Source of the DNA: Promethearchaeota archaeon
GTDB taxonomy: Archaea; Asgardarchaeota; Lokiarchaeia; Sigyniarchaeales; SOKP01
Direction: 5' to 3'
Length of the DNA: 64,000 bases
NCBI GenBank assembly: GCA_019058295.1
Contig: JAHPZI010000030.1
Coordinates: 128,001 to 192,000 of the forward strand
In this document: positions 48,826 through 59,499 of the stretch, in pieces
Layout of the letters: every line of letters starts with the position of its first letter
How positions within the stretch are numbered: the first letter of the stretch is position 1
The notes under the pieces: model-generated
Told to the model about the DNA's origin: nothing
The model's database searches: none
The model's input: the letters and a program-made list of their open reading frames with translations, nothing else
Made by a program: the position numbers and the translations under genes

Positions 48826-49383
48826 ATGTTTAAAAGTCATGTTGAGAAACATAAAGGCGAAACACAGTCGAATTTAGACTTTAAAATGATGTCTATTTTT
48901 TTTTCAATTCGTGATATTTTTAAGAAACCTAAAGATATATTAAAAAACGCCGACATAAAAGTAGATGATTATGTTCTTGATTATGGATGTGGACCTGGGA
49001 GTTATTCGATTGTTGCTGCCGAATTGGTTGGTCCAAATGGACAAATTTTTGCTGTTGATAGACATCCTTTAGCAATTAAAAAAGTAAACAAAAAAGCTTT
49101 CAAGAAAGGATTGAATAATATTACAACTATTCAGACTAACTGTAAAACTGATTTAAAGAGTTGTATTATTGATGTTCTATTTTGCTTCGATACATTTCAT
49201 TCATTTACACAACCAAAAGATAATCTAAGCGAATTTCACAGAATTCTGAAAAATAACGCTGTGCTTTATATTATGGATCCTCACCTTTCTGAAGATGATT
49301 TAATCTTAAGTATAACAGGCAGAGGTCTCTTTAAATTCTCAGAAAAAAGAGATGAATTATATAAATTTATAAAATCTAACTAA
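48826..49383 (+). CDS. Class I SAM-dependent methyltransferase
   Basis: VLDYGCGPG, FAVD, EFHRILK. Confidence 0.9.
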   Translation: MFKSHVEKHKGETQSNLDFKMMSIFFSIRDIFKKPKDILKNADIKVDDYVLDYGCGPGSYSIVAAELVGPNGQIFAVDRHPLAIKKVNKKAFKKGLNNITTIQTNCKTDLKSCIIDVLFCFDTFHSFTQPKDNLSEFHRILKNNAVLYIMDPHLSEDDLILSITGRGLFKFSEKRDELYKFIKSN

Positions 49384-49399
49384 AAAGGGGGAAAAAATA

Positions 49400-50560
49400 A
49401 TGATGGCAAATAAAATGAATTTTGAAAATCAATTAGATTATTCTAAATATTTTCCTCATTTTGGAAATGCATTATTTGCAGGGCTTGCCATCCTTATAAT
49501 GTTTTTAGTGGGATTATCTGCTGCTATTTTAATTTATAAAAATAAATTGACAAAAAAAATAAAAATACTTTTGTTATCTATATCTTTATTATGCGGTGGA
49601 ATTCTTTTTGGCGGTTTTCCTAATGTAATATACTTAACGGGACTAACTTTTTTAATTTTAGGAATATCTCTATTTTTTGGTAGAGTGTTTTGTGGGTATA
49701 TATGTCCCTTAGGAGCTGGGCAAGAATTAGTTTCAATGGCACGATTTAAAACAAATTTAATCTACGAAAAACAAGATAAAGAGACCAACACTTTTGTCCC
49801 CATTATTGTGCGATGGATTTTTTTTGGAGGTTTTATAGCCCTAATCCTAATATGGGGGTTTGAAATTCTAACGCCTTTGAATCCTTTGAATGGTTTTCTC
49901 CTTATATGGTTTCCCCTGAATTTTTTGTTTCTAATTGCGTTAATTTTATTACTTGCTGTAATAATCGCAAGTATTTTCTTTTACCGCCCTTTTTGTAGAT
50001 ATATCTGCCCATTTGGGGCAATAGTGAGTTTATTAGGCAGGTTTAATATAATAAAAATAAGACGAACTGATGCATGCTTAGATTGTGGGTTATGTGAAAA
50101 AATTTGCCCTACACTACAAGGATTTAGAAAAAGTAAGAAAGGGGAATGCTATTTATGCTACCGTTGTGTGGAGTTCTGTTCAAATGAGATGTTTATAGAC
50201 CCTCATAAAATTGCTGAAATTAAAAGATATTTAAGCACATTCACTCTTAATTTTGATGTATTGCCAAAAGAAAAGTTTTTAGATAAAACCATTATAATGA
50301 TAATTCAATTATTTGTTCCCAAAAAGAGAATGCGCTATTTTAACGAATTTATCGATGCCTTAGAAGGAAATAGTAAATTTTTCAATGATGCAATTCAAAA
50401 TATTGTTGAAAGATTAAAAGAAATATTTTCTGATGAAATTAAAAATATTGATCGAAAAAGCTATGAAGCATGGATTAATAAAAATGAGCCTCGTTGGAGA
50501 GAAAAAATACAACCAATCCATTTAGATAAATTAATATATGGTTTAAGTAAACAAATCTAA
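49400..50560 (+). CDS. Membrane 4Fe-4S binding protein (NapH/FixG-like)
   Basis: FCGYICPLG, FCRYICPFG, CLDCGLCEKICP, CYLCYRCVEFC, TM helices. Confidence 0.88.
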   Translation: MMANKMNFENQLDYSKYFPHFGNALFAGLAILIMFLVGLSAAILIYKNKLTKKIKILLLSISLLCGGILFGGFPNVIYLTGLTFLILGISLFFGRVFCGYICPLGAGQELVSMARFKTNLIYEKQDKETNTFVPIIVRWIFFGGFIALILIWGFEILTPLNPLNGFLLIWFPLNFLFLIALILLLAVIIASIFFYRPFCRYICPFGAIVSLLGRFNIIKIRRTDACLDCGLCEKICPTLQGFRKSKKGECYLCYRCVEFCSNEMFIDPHKIAEIKRYLSTFTLNFDVLPKEKFLDKTIIMIIQLFVPKKRMRYFNEFIDALEGNSKFFNDAIQNIVERLKEIFSDEIKNIDRKSYEAWINKNEPRWREKIQPIHLDKLIYGLSKQI

Positions 50561-50624
50561 GAAAAATTAAATAATGTTTAAATTTTTTTATCTCTAAAGT
50601 TAAATATTTTTTTAAATATATATT

Positions 50625-51740
50625 ATGCTAAAAGTCGGATTTATTGGAACTGGAAGAATTTTTGACCTTAATGTGCTTGGATATTTAAATAATGATGATG
50701 TGGAAATAACCTGTTTATGTAATCGAACGATTGAAAAAGCAAAACAAAAGATTAAGCAATTTAATATAAATGAATCAATTCCAGTTTATTCTGACTATAA
50801 AGAAATGTTAGATAAGGAAGAATTAGACATAATCGTAATTCTTCTACCACATAATCTTCATGCAGAAGCAACTATTTATGCTGCTAATAAAGGAATAAAA
50901 GGAATCTCTGTTCAGAAGCCTATGGCATTATCATTAGAAGAGGCTGATAAAATGATTGAGGCTTGCGATAAATCAGGCTCCATCCTCTCGATTTTCGAGA
51001 ATTTTATGTTTATGCCTCATATTATGAAAGCAAAGGAACTTATAGACCAAGATTATATAGGTGATTTATCGTCTATAAGAATTAAAGTGGCAATAGGCGC
51101 TAAGGGTGGCTGGGATATACCAGAAAGTGCTAATTTTTGGAGAAAGGATCCAAAACAAGTGGGAGGTTCTTCTTCTCGTGGCTCACCGGTGCTTTTAGAT
51201 AATGGATGGCATGCATTTACTCTTGGGTGGTGGTTTTTCGAGGAAGAAATTGAAAAAGTATTTGCTTGGACAGATGAATTCCACGGCATTGATGCTCCAG
51301 CTTACGTAATGTGGAAATGTAAAGAAAATAAAGAACAAGAGCATGTCAGTCCACAATATGGCAATATGGAATTTTCCTTAATGCCAGAAATGAAAATTCC
51401 TTCAAATTATTATAATACTGATGAATTTATTGAAATTATAGGAAGTCGAGGCCTCATGAAAATAAACCAAGGGACTGCTATAGGAAATAAAATGTCCGAA
51501 TCCGAAGTTTTTGCTCCAATAATAATCATTAGAAACGGTAAGGTGGAAACATATACTGATTTTGAGAAAGATTGGAAGTATGGCTTTATTAACGCTACAA
51601 ATAATTTTATCGATGCTGTAAAAAATAATAAAGAGCCAATACTATCAGGTGAACAAGCAAGAAATATTCTAAAATTTAATTTAGCAGCAATTAAATCAAC
51701 TGAACTAGGTAAAGATATACATCTTGATGATATAAATTAG
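50625..51740 (+). CDS. Gfo/Idh/MocA family oxidoreductase
   Basis: GFIGTGRI, PH.LH, QKPMA, D.GWH. Confidence 0.92.
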   Translation: MLKVGFIGTGRIFDLNVLGYLNNDDVEITCLCNRTIEKAKQKIKQFNINESIPVYSDYKEMLDKEELDIIVILLPHNLHAEATIYAANKGIKGISVQKPMALSLEEADKMIEACDKSGSILSIFENFMFMPHIMKAKELIDQDYIGDLSSIRIKVAIGAKGGWDIPESANFWRKDPKQVGGSSSRGSPVLLDNGWHAFTLGWWFFEEEIEKVFAWTDEFHGIDAPAYVMWKCKENKEQEHVSPQYGNMEFSLMPEMKIPSNYYNTDEFIEIIGSRGLMKINQGTAIGNKMSESEVFAPIIIIRNGKVETYTDFEKDWKYGFINATNNFIDAVKNNKEPILSGEQARNILKFNLAAIKSTELGKDIHLDDIN

Positions 51741-51761
51741 TAATTAACTTGAATTTTAATC

Positions 51762-52277
51762 TTATAGATGTTTTGAAAAATATAATAAATCAACGAATTC
51801 ATTATCTTTTTTCATAAAACCATTAATTAGGCATCCAAATTCTTTGAAATCATATTTTTTCAACAAATTAATGCTGGCTATATTATCTGCGGCAACTTCA
51901 GCAACCATTATTCTAATAGTATTCTTTTTTTTTCTTGCTTCAATAATTAAATTCTCCATAAGTCTTGACGCTACTCCTTTTTTTCTATAATCAGAATGCA
52001 TAATATATCCAATATTAACAATATGGCTTAACAAATCTTCTAAACGAGGGAGAGAAGATATATGACCAATTAATTTACGCTTATATAAGGCAATTAAATA
52101 TATTGTATTTGGGTGGTAAAGGTATGTATCAAGAAATTGTTCACTCTCTTCGTATGAAATTTCTTTTTTTCGAGCTAAAAAATGTGATTCTCTAATAACT
52201 GAATTTAAGAGAGTTAAATTTTCCTCATAATATTTTTTAGTTATTGGCTTTATTTTTAACTCTTTCTTACTAAACAT
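51762..52277 (-). CDS. GNAT family N-acetyltransferase
   Basis: YRKKGVAS, N.ASINL..KYDF. Confidence 0.85.
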   Translation of the reverse strand: MFSKKELKIKPITKKYYEENLTLLNSVIRESHFLARKKEISYEESEQFLDTYLYHPNTIYLIALYKRKLIGHISSLPRLEDLLSHIVNIGYIMHSDYRKKGVASRLMENLIIEARKKKNTIRIMVAEVAADNIASINLLKKYDFKEFGCLINGFMKKDNEFVDLLYFSKHL

Positions 52278-52283
52278 ACTAAA

Positions 52284-53543
52284 TTATTGCTCAAATTCAT
52301 ATATAAATTTTTTATGCTTTAACCCTTCTTTTATCCCTTTTCTTAAGTCTTTCTTAATTCTTCTGCCATATTTAGATAATCCGCTCTCGTCTGCGTCTTC
52401 AGATTTTTCAACAGTGCATGAACCATTTTCTTCTTTTTCTGCGTTTATTTCTTCCCAGTAAACGATTTCTCCACGTTGATCTGAAATATATGGCATTTTC
52501 GCAAAAATACATAAATTCTTTCCTTGTTCTCCAGTATATATTGGTTCACCCTTACCGCTTTTAATTATTTCGATGAAATGTTCGGTAGAATTAATAAAGC
52601 TATATTTCCAATCTCTTGGTAAATCCTCACCGTAAGTTTTAACCTCCCCGTTAGCATAAACAGCAATTGGAGGATATTGAGGTGATTTAGATACAAAATT
52701 ACCACCAGAAGTACTTTGATTTATCCACATTATTCCCTTTGTACCGGATATCTCAATAAATTCATCACAGTTATAATAATTTGAAGGATAATACACATTG
52801 GGAGCTAAAGAAAATTCCATTGTGCCATATTTGGGAGGGTCATCTGAATTTTTACTTGGATATTTCCAGAAAATATTTGCCGGTGTATCCATGACACCTG
52901 TAAAATAATCTATCCAACTATAGACTTTTTCAACTCTTTCTTCATCCATTAACCAGAGGGCCACTGAAAATTTATGTTGTCCGTCATCATAAATCCATGG
53001 ACCGCCACCGCACATATCAATATTTATTCGCCATAGATAAGAATTTATCCCAAGAGGCCAACTCGGACCTCCGGTTCCGATGGTATTTATTCTAAAGTTC
53101 AAACGTTCGCCTATTATTCCCTGATCCAATAACTCTTTTGCTCTCAAATATACTGGATAAAACCTGAAATTCTCATATAATTTTAATTTTACATTTTGTT
53201 CCTCGCAAACCTCAATCATTTTTACGCAATCGGTAATGGTGTTTGCCATTGGCTTTTGAACTGATATACCGGGCACACCAGCATTAGCACAATATTCTGT
53301 CATAGGGTAGTGAAGGTGATGAGGCGTTAAAATTTCGACAATATCCAAATCTTCCTTATCAACCATTTTTTTGTAATCTGTGTAAACTCTTACTTTTCTT
53401 AAATTCCACTTCTTTAATTTTTCAATTGCCTCATTTTTATCGAGATTTGCAACAGCAACTATTTCTGCGTCGTGAGAATAATAATATCCTAAATAATTCA
53501 GATCTGATATTATACCCGTACCTATTATCCCAACTCTCAACAT
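52284..53543 (-). CDS. Gfo/Idh/MocA family oxidoreductase
   Basis: GIIGTG, TPHHLH, QKPMA, ENFRF. Paralog of 50625-51740. Confidence 0.92.
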   Translation of the reverse strand: MLRVGIIGTGIISDLNYLGYYYSHDAEIVAVANLDKNEAIEKLKKWNLRKVRVYTDYKKMVDKEDLDIVEILTPHHLHYPMTEYCANAGVPGISVQKPMANTITDCVKMIEVCEEQNVKLKLYENFRFYPVYLRAKELLDQGIIGERLNFRINTIGTGGPSWPLGINSYLWRINIDMCGGGPWIYDDGQHKFSVALWLMDEERVEKVYSWIDYFTGVMDTPANIFWKYPSKNSDDPPKYGTMEFSLAPNVYYPSNYYNCDEFIEISGTKGIMWINQSTSGGNFVSKSPQYPPIAVYANGEVKTYGEDLPRDWKYSFINSTEHFIEIIKSGKGEPIYTGEQGKNLCIFAKMPYISDQRGEIVYWEEINAEKEENGSCTVEKSEDADESGLSKYGRRIKKDLRKGIKEGLKHKKFIYEFEQ

Positions 53544-53564
53544 TTTTCAATTTAAAAAATTTTT

Positions 53565-54659
53565 TTATATTTTGATTGGATAATTTCCGAATTTTCTCCT
53601 AATATTCTGCATTGCTTCAAATCGATCCACTGTAACAGCGGGATTGATGCTATGTCCAGAACTAAAAATGTATCCTCCTCCTGGAGCTAACTCACGAATT
53701 AATCTTTTTGCGTAAGCTTCAATTTCAGAAATCTCTCCCATTGCTAACATTATTGGGCTTAAATTACCAGCAAAAGTTATTTTATCACCATATTTCTCGT
53801 TTAATTTGAAAATATCGTATTCAGGATTAGCAGTTGTAGATTCTATAGGATTTAAGATGTCAACACCACTTTTTATGATATCCTCGAAAATTTCCATTAA
53901 ATCCCCATCAGAATGTAGCATTATTTTGCAATCACGTTTATGAGCTGCATCACATATTTGTTTTATCCACGGGAACACGTATTTTCTATAATTTCTGGGG
54001 CTCATAAATAGACCATTTTTATAACCATAATCATCCCATAAAAGGACTATTTTTGCGTCATGTTCAGCTAGAATTTTTACCATTTCAAGCGCAAAGTTAC
54101 CTCGATCATCAAATACTTTTTTTGCTTGTTTAGGTCGAGCTAATAACCTGGAAAATACTTCTAATCCAAATCCCTCCCATGTACATTCCATTAAAGAACC
54201 GGTTGCGGGAATCGAGAATACTTCATTGTTCATTTCTTTTTGGATTTTTCGTCCTAATAAGAAGTTATTCATGCGCATTTTTAAATTGGGATCTGGCTGC
54301 TTGAAACTCTCATACTCTTCAAAGTTTTTGAAATATCCGCCATGATATGCCATTATTTGCGTTCCATCTTTATATGGTTCCATTTTCATTATCCGTCCAT
54401 ACTCGTCTATGAATCCTCTTCCACCCTTAAGAAGTTCTCTAGGATATAGACTAACATAACTTAGAACTAAATCTATTCCAACTCTACGAGAAAACTCGTA
54501 AATGCCTTTATAACCTCCTGATAGGCGAGGATCACAACCATAATGCTTTACAATCGTATTATTTGTAAAAGCACTTTCGAAAGCAGGAACTCTATCAGGT
54601 TCTTCATGATTTACTGTGGTTAAAACTCTTTCTTGGGCATCCATTTCTAATTTTATCAT
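53565..54659 (-). CDS. Uroporphyrinogen decarboxylase (URO-D/MtaA-like) family protein
   Basis: EPDRVP, DEYG, DDYG, HSDG, GGGYIFSSGHSI. Confidence 0.88.
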   Translation of the reverse strand: MIKLEMDAQERVLTTVNHEEPDRVPAFESAFTNNTIVKHYGCDPRLSGGYKGIYEFSRRVGIDLVLSYVSLYPRELLKGGRGFIDEYGRIMKMEPYKDGTQIMAYHGGYFKNFEEYESFKQPDPNLKMRMNNFLLGRKIQKEMNNEVFSIPATGSLMECTWEGFGLEVFSRLLARPKQAKKVFDDRGNFALEMVKILAEHDAKIVLLWDDYGYKNGLFMSPRNYRKYVFPWIKQICDAAHKRDCKIMLHSDGDLMEIFEDIIKSGVDILNPIESTTANPEYDIFKLNEKYGDKITFAGNLSPIMLAMGEISEIEAYAKRLIRELAPGGGYIFSSGHSINPAVTVDRFEAMQNIRRKFGNYPIKI

Positions 54660-54681
54660 TAATCTGTTTAATTTTTATATA

Positions 54682-56133
54682 TTAATCAGTGCCTTTATCT
54701 TGTCCATACCAATTTTTTAATGAACTTAAGAGTTGTTGAAGTTCCTCAGCATGTTTATCTTCTAAAAGAAGATCCCCTTTTGCGTCTCTTTCGATTTTTT
54801 CAAATAGCTCATCACAAATATCTGGATTATCTTTCGCGATATTAACATTCCATTCTGGATCTTTAGATAAATCAAATAATTTCTGATAATATTTATCATT
54901 TGTAGTGATTAGTGCATAGCGATCGTCTTTATATAAAGTACAAATACTAAATCCACATGTAATATAATCACGATCCTCTATTAATTGATCTCCATCATCA
55001 AGAAAGATTGAAAGATCTATGCCGTCGAACACTGCTGGCTTTACTTTCTTCAAAAAGCCGAAAATAGTAGGGAGAATGTCATGATCGTAAACGTAAGATT
55101 TTTTAATTCTTTTTGGACCATTTAAATTGCCCGGGGGCTTAACCATAAGAGGAATATCTACAAGTTCTGGATACATGAACATTGGAAGTTTGCCAGTAGC
55201 ATTATGTTCTCCAATACTATGTCCGTGGTCGGAAATTAAAATAATTAAAGAATCATCATATAAACCCAAATTTTTTAATTCTTCAATGAAATAACCAAAC
55301 CAATTATCGCACATTGAAACTTCTCCAGCATAAGATGCTCTCATATATTTTAACTCTCCTTCGGTAAGATATTCAATTGTCTCACTATAAACAGGTTGAA
55401 CAACTTTTTTGCCTGTATAATTCTTATCAACGTATAAATCAAGATATTTATCAGGAGGATCCCAGACTTCATGCGGATCAAATTCATCAGTAACAGCCAT
55501 TACATTTTTATCTTTTTTTGTATCCTTAACAAATTCGACTGTTTTTTTAAAAGTTTCCGCAGGAAAATAATCCTCTTCAGTCTTTCTATGTTGCATATTA
55601 CTAAAATAGGTTTTTAACATAAAATTTTGATACGCTTTTACTAAAGGATTTTTACCCGGAACATGTTCTTTAATTTTCTTATTTAGTTTCGCTCCCCCTT
55701 CCCTGTATCTTGCCCTTAATTTATCTTTTTCATGCCCTCTAATCCAGTTCCATTGGTGAAATCCAAGATGAAAATTCATTCCTGGTTTGAATTGGTGGTA
55801 AGTGCTAGTTATAAAAGAAGTAATATAGTTATATTTTCTCATGTATTCCGCTAAATGGGTCTGATGTGGAGGTATTGGGTGCCATCCGGGAATTGTAACT
55901 ATATCATCAGTTCTTAGTTGAGGTCGTTTATGATTAAAAGGAAAAGTACGAATTCCTGTATGTATTGCTCTTCGAACTGGGATTGTAGGTAAAGACTCTG
56001 GATATGCATTATCAAAAATCAAACAGTCCTTAGCAAATTCATCAAAGTTTTGTGTTTGAATCCAATTATTTCCATAGGTACTCCCTGTATGATCTTTACG
56101 AAGAGTGTCAAAGATTATAACAAAAATTTTCAT
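54682..56133 (-). CDS. Sulfatase / alkaline phosphatase superfamily hydrolase
   Basis: FDTLRKDH, TIPVRRAIHTG, FDPHE.WDPP, SDHG..IGEH. Confidence 0.88.
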   Translation of the reverse strand: MKIFVIIFDTLRKDHTGSTYGNNWIQTQNFDEFAKDCLIFDNAYPESLPTIPVRRAIHTGIRTFPFNHKRPQLRTDDIVTIPGWHPIPPHQTHLAEYMRKYNYITSFITSTYHQFKPGMNFHLGFHQWNWIRGHEKDKLRARYREGGAKLNKKIKEHVPGKNPLVKAYQNFMLKTYFSNMQHRKTEEDYFPAETFKKTVEFVKDTKKDKNVMAVTDEFDPHEVWDPPDKYLDLYVDKNYTGKKVVQPVYSETIEYLTEGELKYMRASYAGEVSMCDNWFGYFIEELKNLGLYDDSLIILISDHGHSIGEHNATGKLPMFMYPELVDIPLMVKPPGNLNGPKRIKKSYVYDHDILPTIFGFLKKVKPAVFDGIDLSIFLDDGDQLIEDRDYITCGFSICTLYKDDRYALITTNDKYYQKLFDLSKDPEWNVNIAKDNPDICDELFEKIERDAKGDLLLEDKHAEELQQLLSSLKNWYGQDKGTD

Positions 56134-56315
56134 AATAAGATTTTTTTCTCGTTATTTTATTAATTTAAATTTACAGCTATAGATTTATTAAAATAAAAAT
56201 TATAAATAATTTTACGAAAATAAAAATAATTTTTAATGATTCTACCATAAAGAAAGTATTAATAAAAGATATTTATTACCTCTAATTATTAAAAAAATAA
56301 TAAAAAGGTTCAAAG

Positions 56316-57101
56316 ATGTTATTACAGATACTACCACCTTCCGGTTACTCATTAAACGACATTATATTTGATATGTTTATGATAGCAGTCTGCTACATAT
56401 ACGTATTCATGATGATTCTTATCCCCGTTGCGCTAAAAAAGAAAGATAAAATTTCAAAATTTACTGCAAGGAAAATGGTTCATCTTTTTGCGGGTTTAGT
56501 TGTATTGTTTGTACCCTTTTTCATTTGGCCGATATATGCTATTTTTATCGCTTTAAGCTTAACTCTATTGGTTTATTTTAGTTCGAAAGAAAGTAGTGTT
56601 AAACAATTAAGAGAATTATATGAAAGTATTGGAGAGGAAGCTGAGGAGAAGAGAGGACGCTTAATGGGACCATTATATTATTGCATTTCAATAACAATAT
56701 TGATTTTAGTTTTTGTTTTGCTTTCTCCTCATCAACTATATTTTCCAATTGCAGGAATTCTAATAATGATCATTGCTGATACACTTGCTTCAGTAGTAGG
56801 AAAACGTTGGGGTAGAATTAAAATTCAACTCCCATGGACTTCTCCAAGAACCGTATTAGGTTCCGCAACTATGTTCGGTTCAGCATTTCTATTATGTCTT
56901 GGGTCTTTTTGGTATTTTGGTATTTTTATGCCACTAGCGCAGAAACCATTAACTTGGAATATTATAATACTTTACTCGTTTATAACGGCTTTATTAGCTA
57001 CAATAATTGAATTAATCTCGCCAAGCACTTTAGATGATTTAACTGTCCCAATTGGTACAACGATAATAATTTACCTTTTAACTTTAATATACTATTTGTA
57101 A
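56316..57101 (+). CDS. CTP-dependent polyprenol/phytol/diacylglycerol kinase family protein
   Basis: RKMVH, GPLYY, ADTLAS.VG..WG, RT..GS, E......DD.TVP. Confidence 0.85.
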   Translation: MLLQILPPSGYSLNDIIFDMFMIAVCYIYVFMMILIPVALKKKDKISKFTARKMVHLFAGLVVLFVPFFIWPIYAIFIALSLTLLVYFSSKESSVKQLRELYESIGEEAEEKRGRLMGPLYYCISITILILVFVLLSPHQLYFPIAGILIMIIADTLASVVGKRWGRIKIQLPWTSPRTVLGSATMFGSAFLLCLGSFWYFGIFMPLAQKPLTWNIIILYSFITALLATIIELISPSTLDDLTVPIGTTIIIYLLTLIYYL

Positions 57102-57140
57102 ATTCTTAATTTTTTTTATTTTTTAATTATTAACAAGAAA

Positions 57141-58559
57141 ATGGAAAGTTTACAAAAATCTTTTGATGTAATTGTTGTTGGAGCCGGTACCGGAGGAACT
57201 ACTGCTGCTAGATTTTCTGCTCAAAATGGATTAGACGTTTGTCTTATTGATAGAAAAGAAAGAAGTCAGATCGGGAATAAAATATGTGGTGATGCTGTTG
57301 GTACTGAGATTTTTGATATTTTAAATATAAACCATCCTAAGGAAAATGAGCTCTCTTGTCGTATAAATGGAGCAAAATTATATTCTCCCAATTTAAATAA
57401 ATGCATAACCTTAACTGACCCTAAACAAGCAGGTTATGAAATAAATAGGTTAGAATTTGGGCAAAGATTATTAAATGAAGCTCTCGATGCTGGTGTTAAA
57501 CAATTTTTAGATAACACTATCGCTTTAGATTTACTTTACAAAGATAATTCTGTCTCGGGTTTAAAAATACGAGTGAAAAACGGTGAAAAAATAGATCTTA
57601 ACTCTAAGATAATAATAGATGCGAGTGGATTCTATTCTCCTTTAAGAAAAGAAATAAAAAGCTCAATTATCGAAAAAGAAATTTCAAAAGAAGATTGTAT
57701 TTTATGTTATCGAGAAATTGTGAAATTTAATCCCCAAGATCAACAAGTTAACGATCCTGAATACATTACTATTATACTGGATCAAGAAAAAGCACCAGGC
57801 GGATATATTTGGTATTTTCCTAAGAACGAATCTTCGGTCAATATTGGCTTAGGTATGTTTATGGATTATAAAGGTCAAGTAAAAGAATACTACCAAAAAA
57901 ATGTGTTTAATGAGTTTATAAAGACTAAGAATTATGAAGTAATTTCCACAGGAGGGGATGTTGCTCCCGTAAGAAGACCACTTTGGTCGTGTGCTGACAA
58001 TGGGATCATGTTTGTAGGGGATGCTGCTTGCCATGTCAATCCTCTTCATGGCGGAGGGATAGATCCTTCAATGAGAGCTGGCTATTATGCTGCTTTGACA
58101 GCCTTAGATGCAATTCAAAATGATGATTATTCTATAAAGAAGTTGTGGGAATATAATTGTAAGATTATTAATAGTTTTGGAGCAGAGTTTGCTTCTCTCG
58201 ATTTATTAAGGATTGTCTTACAAAAACTTTCAAACGAATCTTTAAATTTTGGTTTAGAAAAAGATTTATTATCTGGTGATGAGATATTGGAAATTGCTTC
58301 AACCGGGGGTATTAAATTATCTATTATGGATATGCTATCGAAAGCAATTAAAGGTATTTCTAATCCAAAATTATTATTAGATTTAAATTATCTTCGTATT
58401 AAAATGAACGATCTCCGAAGCCATTATAAAAACTTTCCAAAAAATATTGAAGAAATTAGTGAATTTGACGCTTGGAAAGAACATACTAAAAATATTTATA
58501 ACAAAATAAAATTTACATCATTTGGTAAGAATATACATAAAGAAAATAAAAATATCTAA
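57141..58559 (+). CDS. Digeranylgeranylglycerophospholipid reductase (geranylgeranyl reductase family)
   Basis: VVGAGTGG, CGDA, GYIWYFPK, VGDAA...NPLHGGGI. Confidence 0.9.
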   Translation: MESLQKSFDVIVVGAGTGGTTAARFSAQNGLDVCLIDRKERSQIGNKICGDAVGTEIFDILNINHPKENELSCRINGAKLYSPNLNKCITLTDPKQAGYEINRLEFGQRLLNEALDAGVKQFLDNTIALDLLYKDNSVSGLKIRVKNGEKIDLNSKIIIDASGFYSPLRKEIKSSIIEKEISKEDCILCYREIVKFNPQDQQVNDPEYITIILDQEKAPGGYIWYFPKNESSVNIGLGMFMDYKGQVKEYYQKNVFNEFIKTKNYEVISTGGDVAPVRRPLWSCADNGIMFVGDAACHVNPLHGGGIDPSMRAGYYAALTALDAIQNDDYSIKKLWEYNCKIINSFGAEFASLDLLRIVLQKLSNESLNFGLEKDLLSGDEILEIASTGGIKLSIMDMLSKAIKGISNPKLLLDLNYLRIKMNDLRSHYKNFPKNIEEISEFDAWKEHTKNIYNKIKFTSFGKNIHKENKNI

Positions 58560-58572
58560 AAAAGTGTAATTC

Positions 58573-59391
58573 ATGGTCAATATCTTACTGGATGAATCCT
58601 CAACAAACACCTACGAGTATATCATAAATAAACTAAATAATGATGGAGCTCTTCATTTTTCCTTAATTGATCCAGATCCAATCCGACAAGGTCCTATTGA
58701 CGCAGCAAAAATGGCGAAACTTGCTGTAGATGCTGGGACAGACGCAATATTAATCGGAGGAAGTACTGCTTTCGATCAACGATTAGTTGAAGATACAATT
58801 TCAGCAATTAAAGAAAAAGTAGCTGTACCAATTATTATCTTCCCTGGAAGTATTGCTAATGTATCATCAAAAGCTGATGCTATCCTTTTTATGTCTATAT
58901 TAAACTCAACAGATCCCTATTTTATAATAGGTCAGCAAGCTATTGGTTCTTATACTGTTAAGCTGGCAAATCTTGAACAGATATCAACTGCTTATTTAAT
59001 AATCGAGCCTGGTGGAACCGCAGGGTGGATCAGTAATGCGAAATTATTACCTAGAAAAAAGCCAAAATTAACTGCCGCTTACTCTTTAGCTGCAGAAATG
59101 TTTGGTTTTAAATTAATATATTTGGAAGCTGGTTCTGGCAGTGAGAGTATTCCTCCAGAAATCTTAAAATTATGCAAAAAAGTTATAAAGATTCCTATTA
59201 TTGCTGGTGGAGGTATTCAAACTAAAGAAGACGCAAGAATATTAGTCAAAGCGGGTGCCGATATTATTGTTATGGGAACTTTCTTAGAAACTAATATTTT
59301 AAACGATAATGGAGCGTCTTTAAAAGTAATAATTGATGAAATTAAAGACGAAGGCAAAAGAGTTTCTTCTAAAAAGAATTTCAAAAAATAA
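58573..59391 (+). CDS. Geranylgeranylglyceryl phosphate synthase (GGGPS)
   Basis: HFSLIDPD, ILIGGS, IIFPG, YLEAGSG, GGGI, GAD.IV.GT. Confidence 0.95.
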   Translation: MVNILLDESSTNTYEYIINKLNNDGALHFSLIDPDPIRQGPIDAAKMAKLAVDAGTDAILIGGSTAFDQRLVEDTISAIKEKVAVPIIIFPGSIANVSSKADAILFMSILNSTDPYFIIGQQAIGSYTVKLANLEQISTAYLIIEPGGTAGWISNAKLLPRKKPKLTAAYSLAAEMFGFKLIYLEAGSGSESIPPEILKLCKKVIKIPIIAGGGIQTKEDARILVKAGADIIVMGTFLETNILNDNGASLKVIIDEIKDEGKRVSSKKNFKK

Positions 59392-59499
59392 GATATATTT
59401 ATATTATTCATTTTTAAATAAAGCTCTCTTTATTTCTATTATTTGAAATTTGATTGAATCGAAATAATTAAAATATAGCAAATTTTCATTAATTTACTC

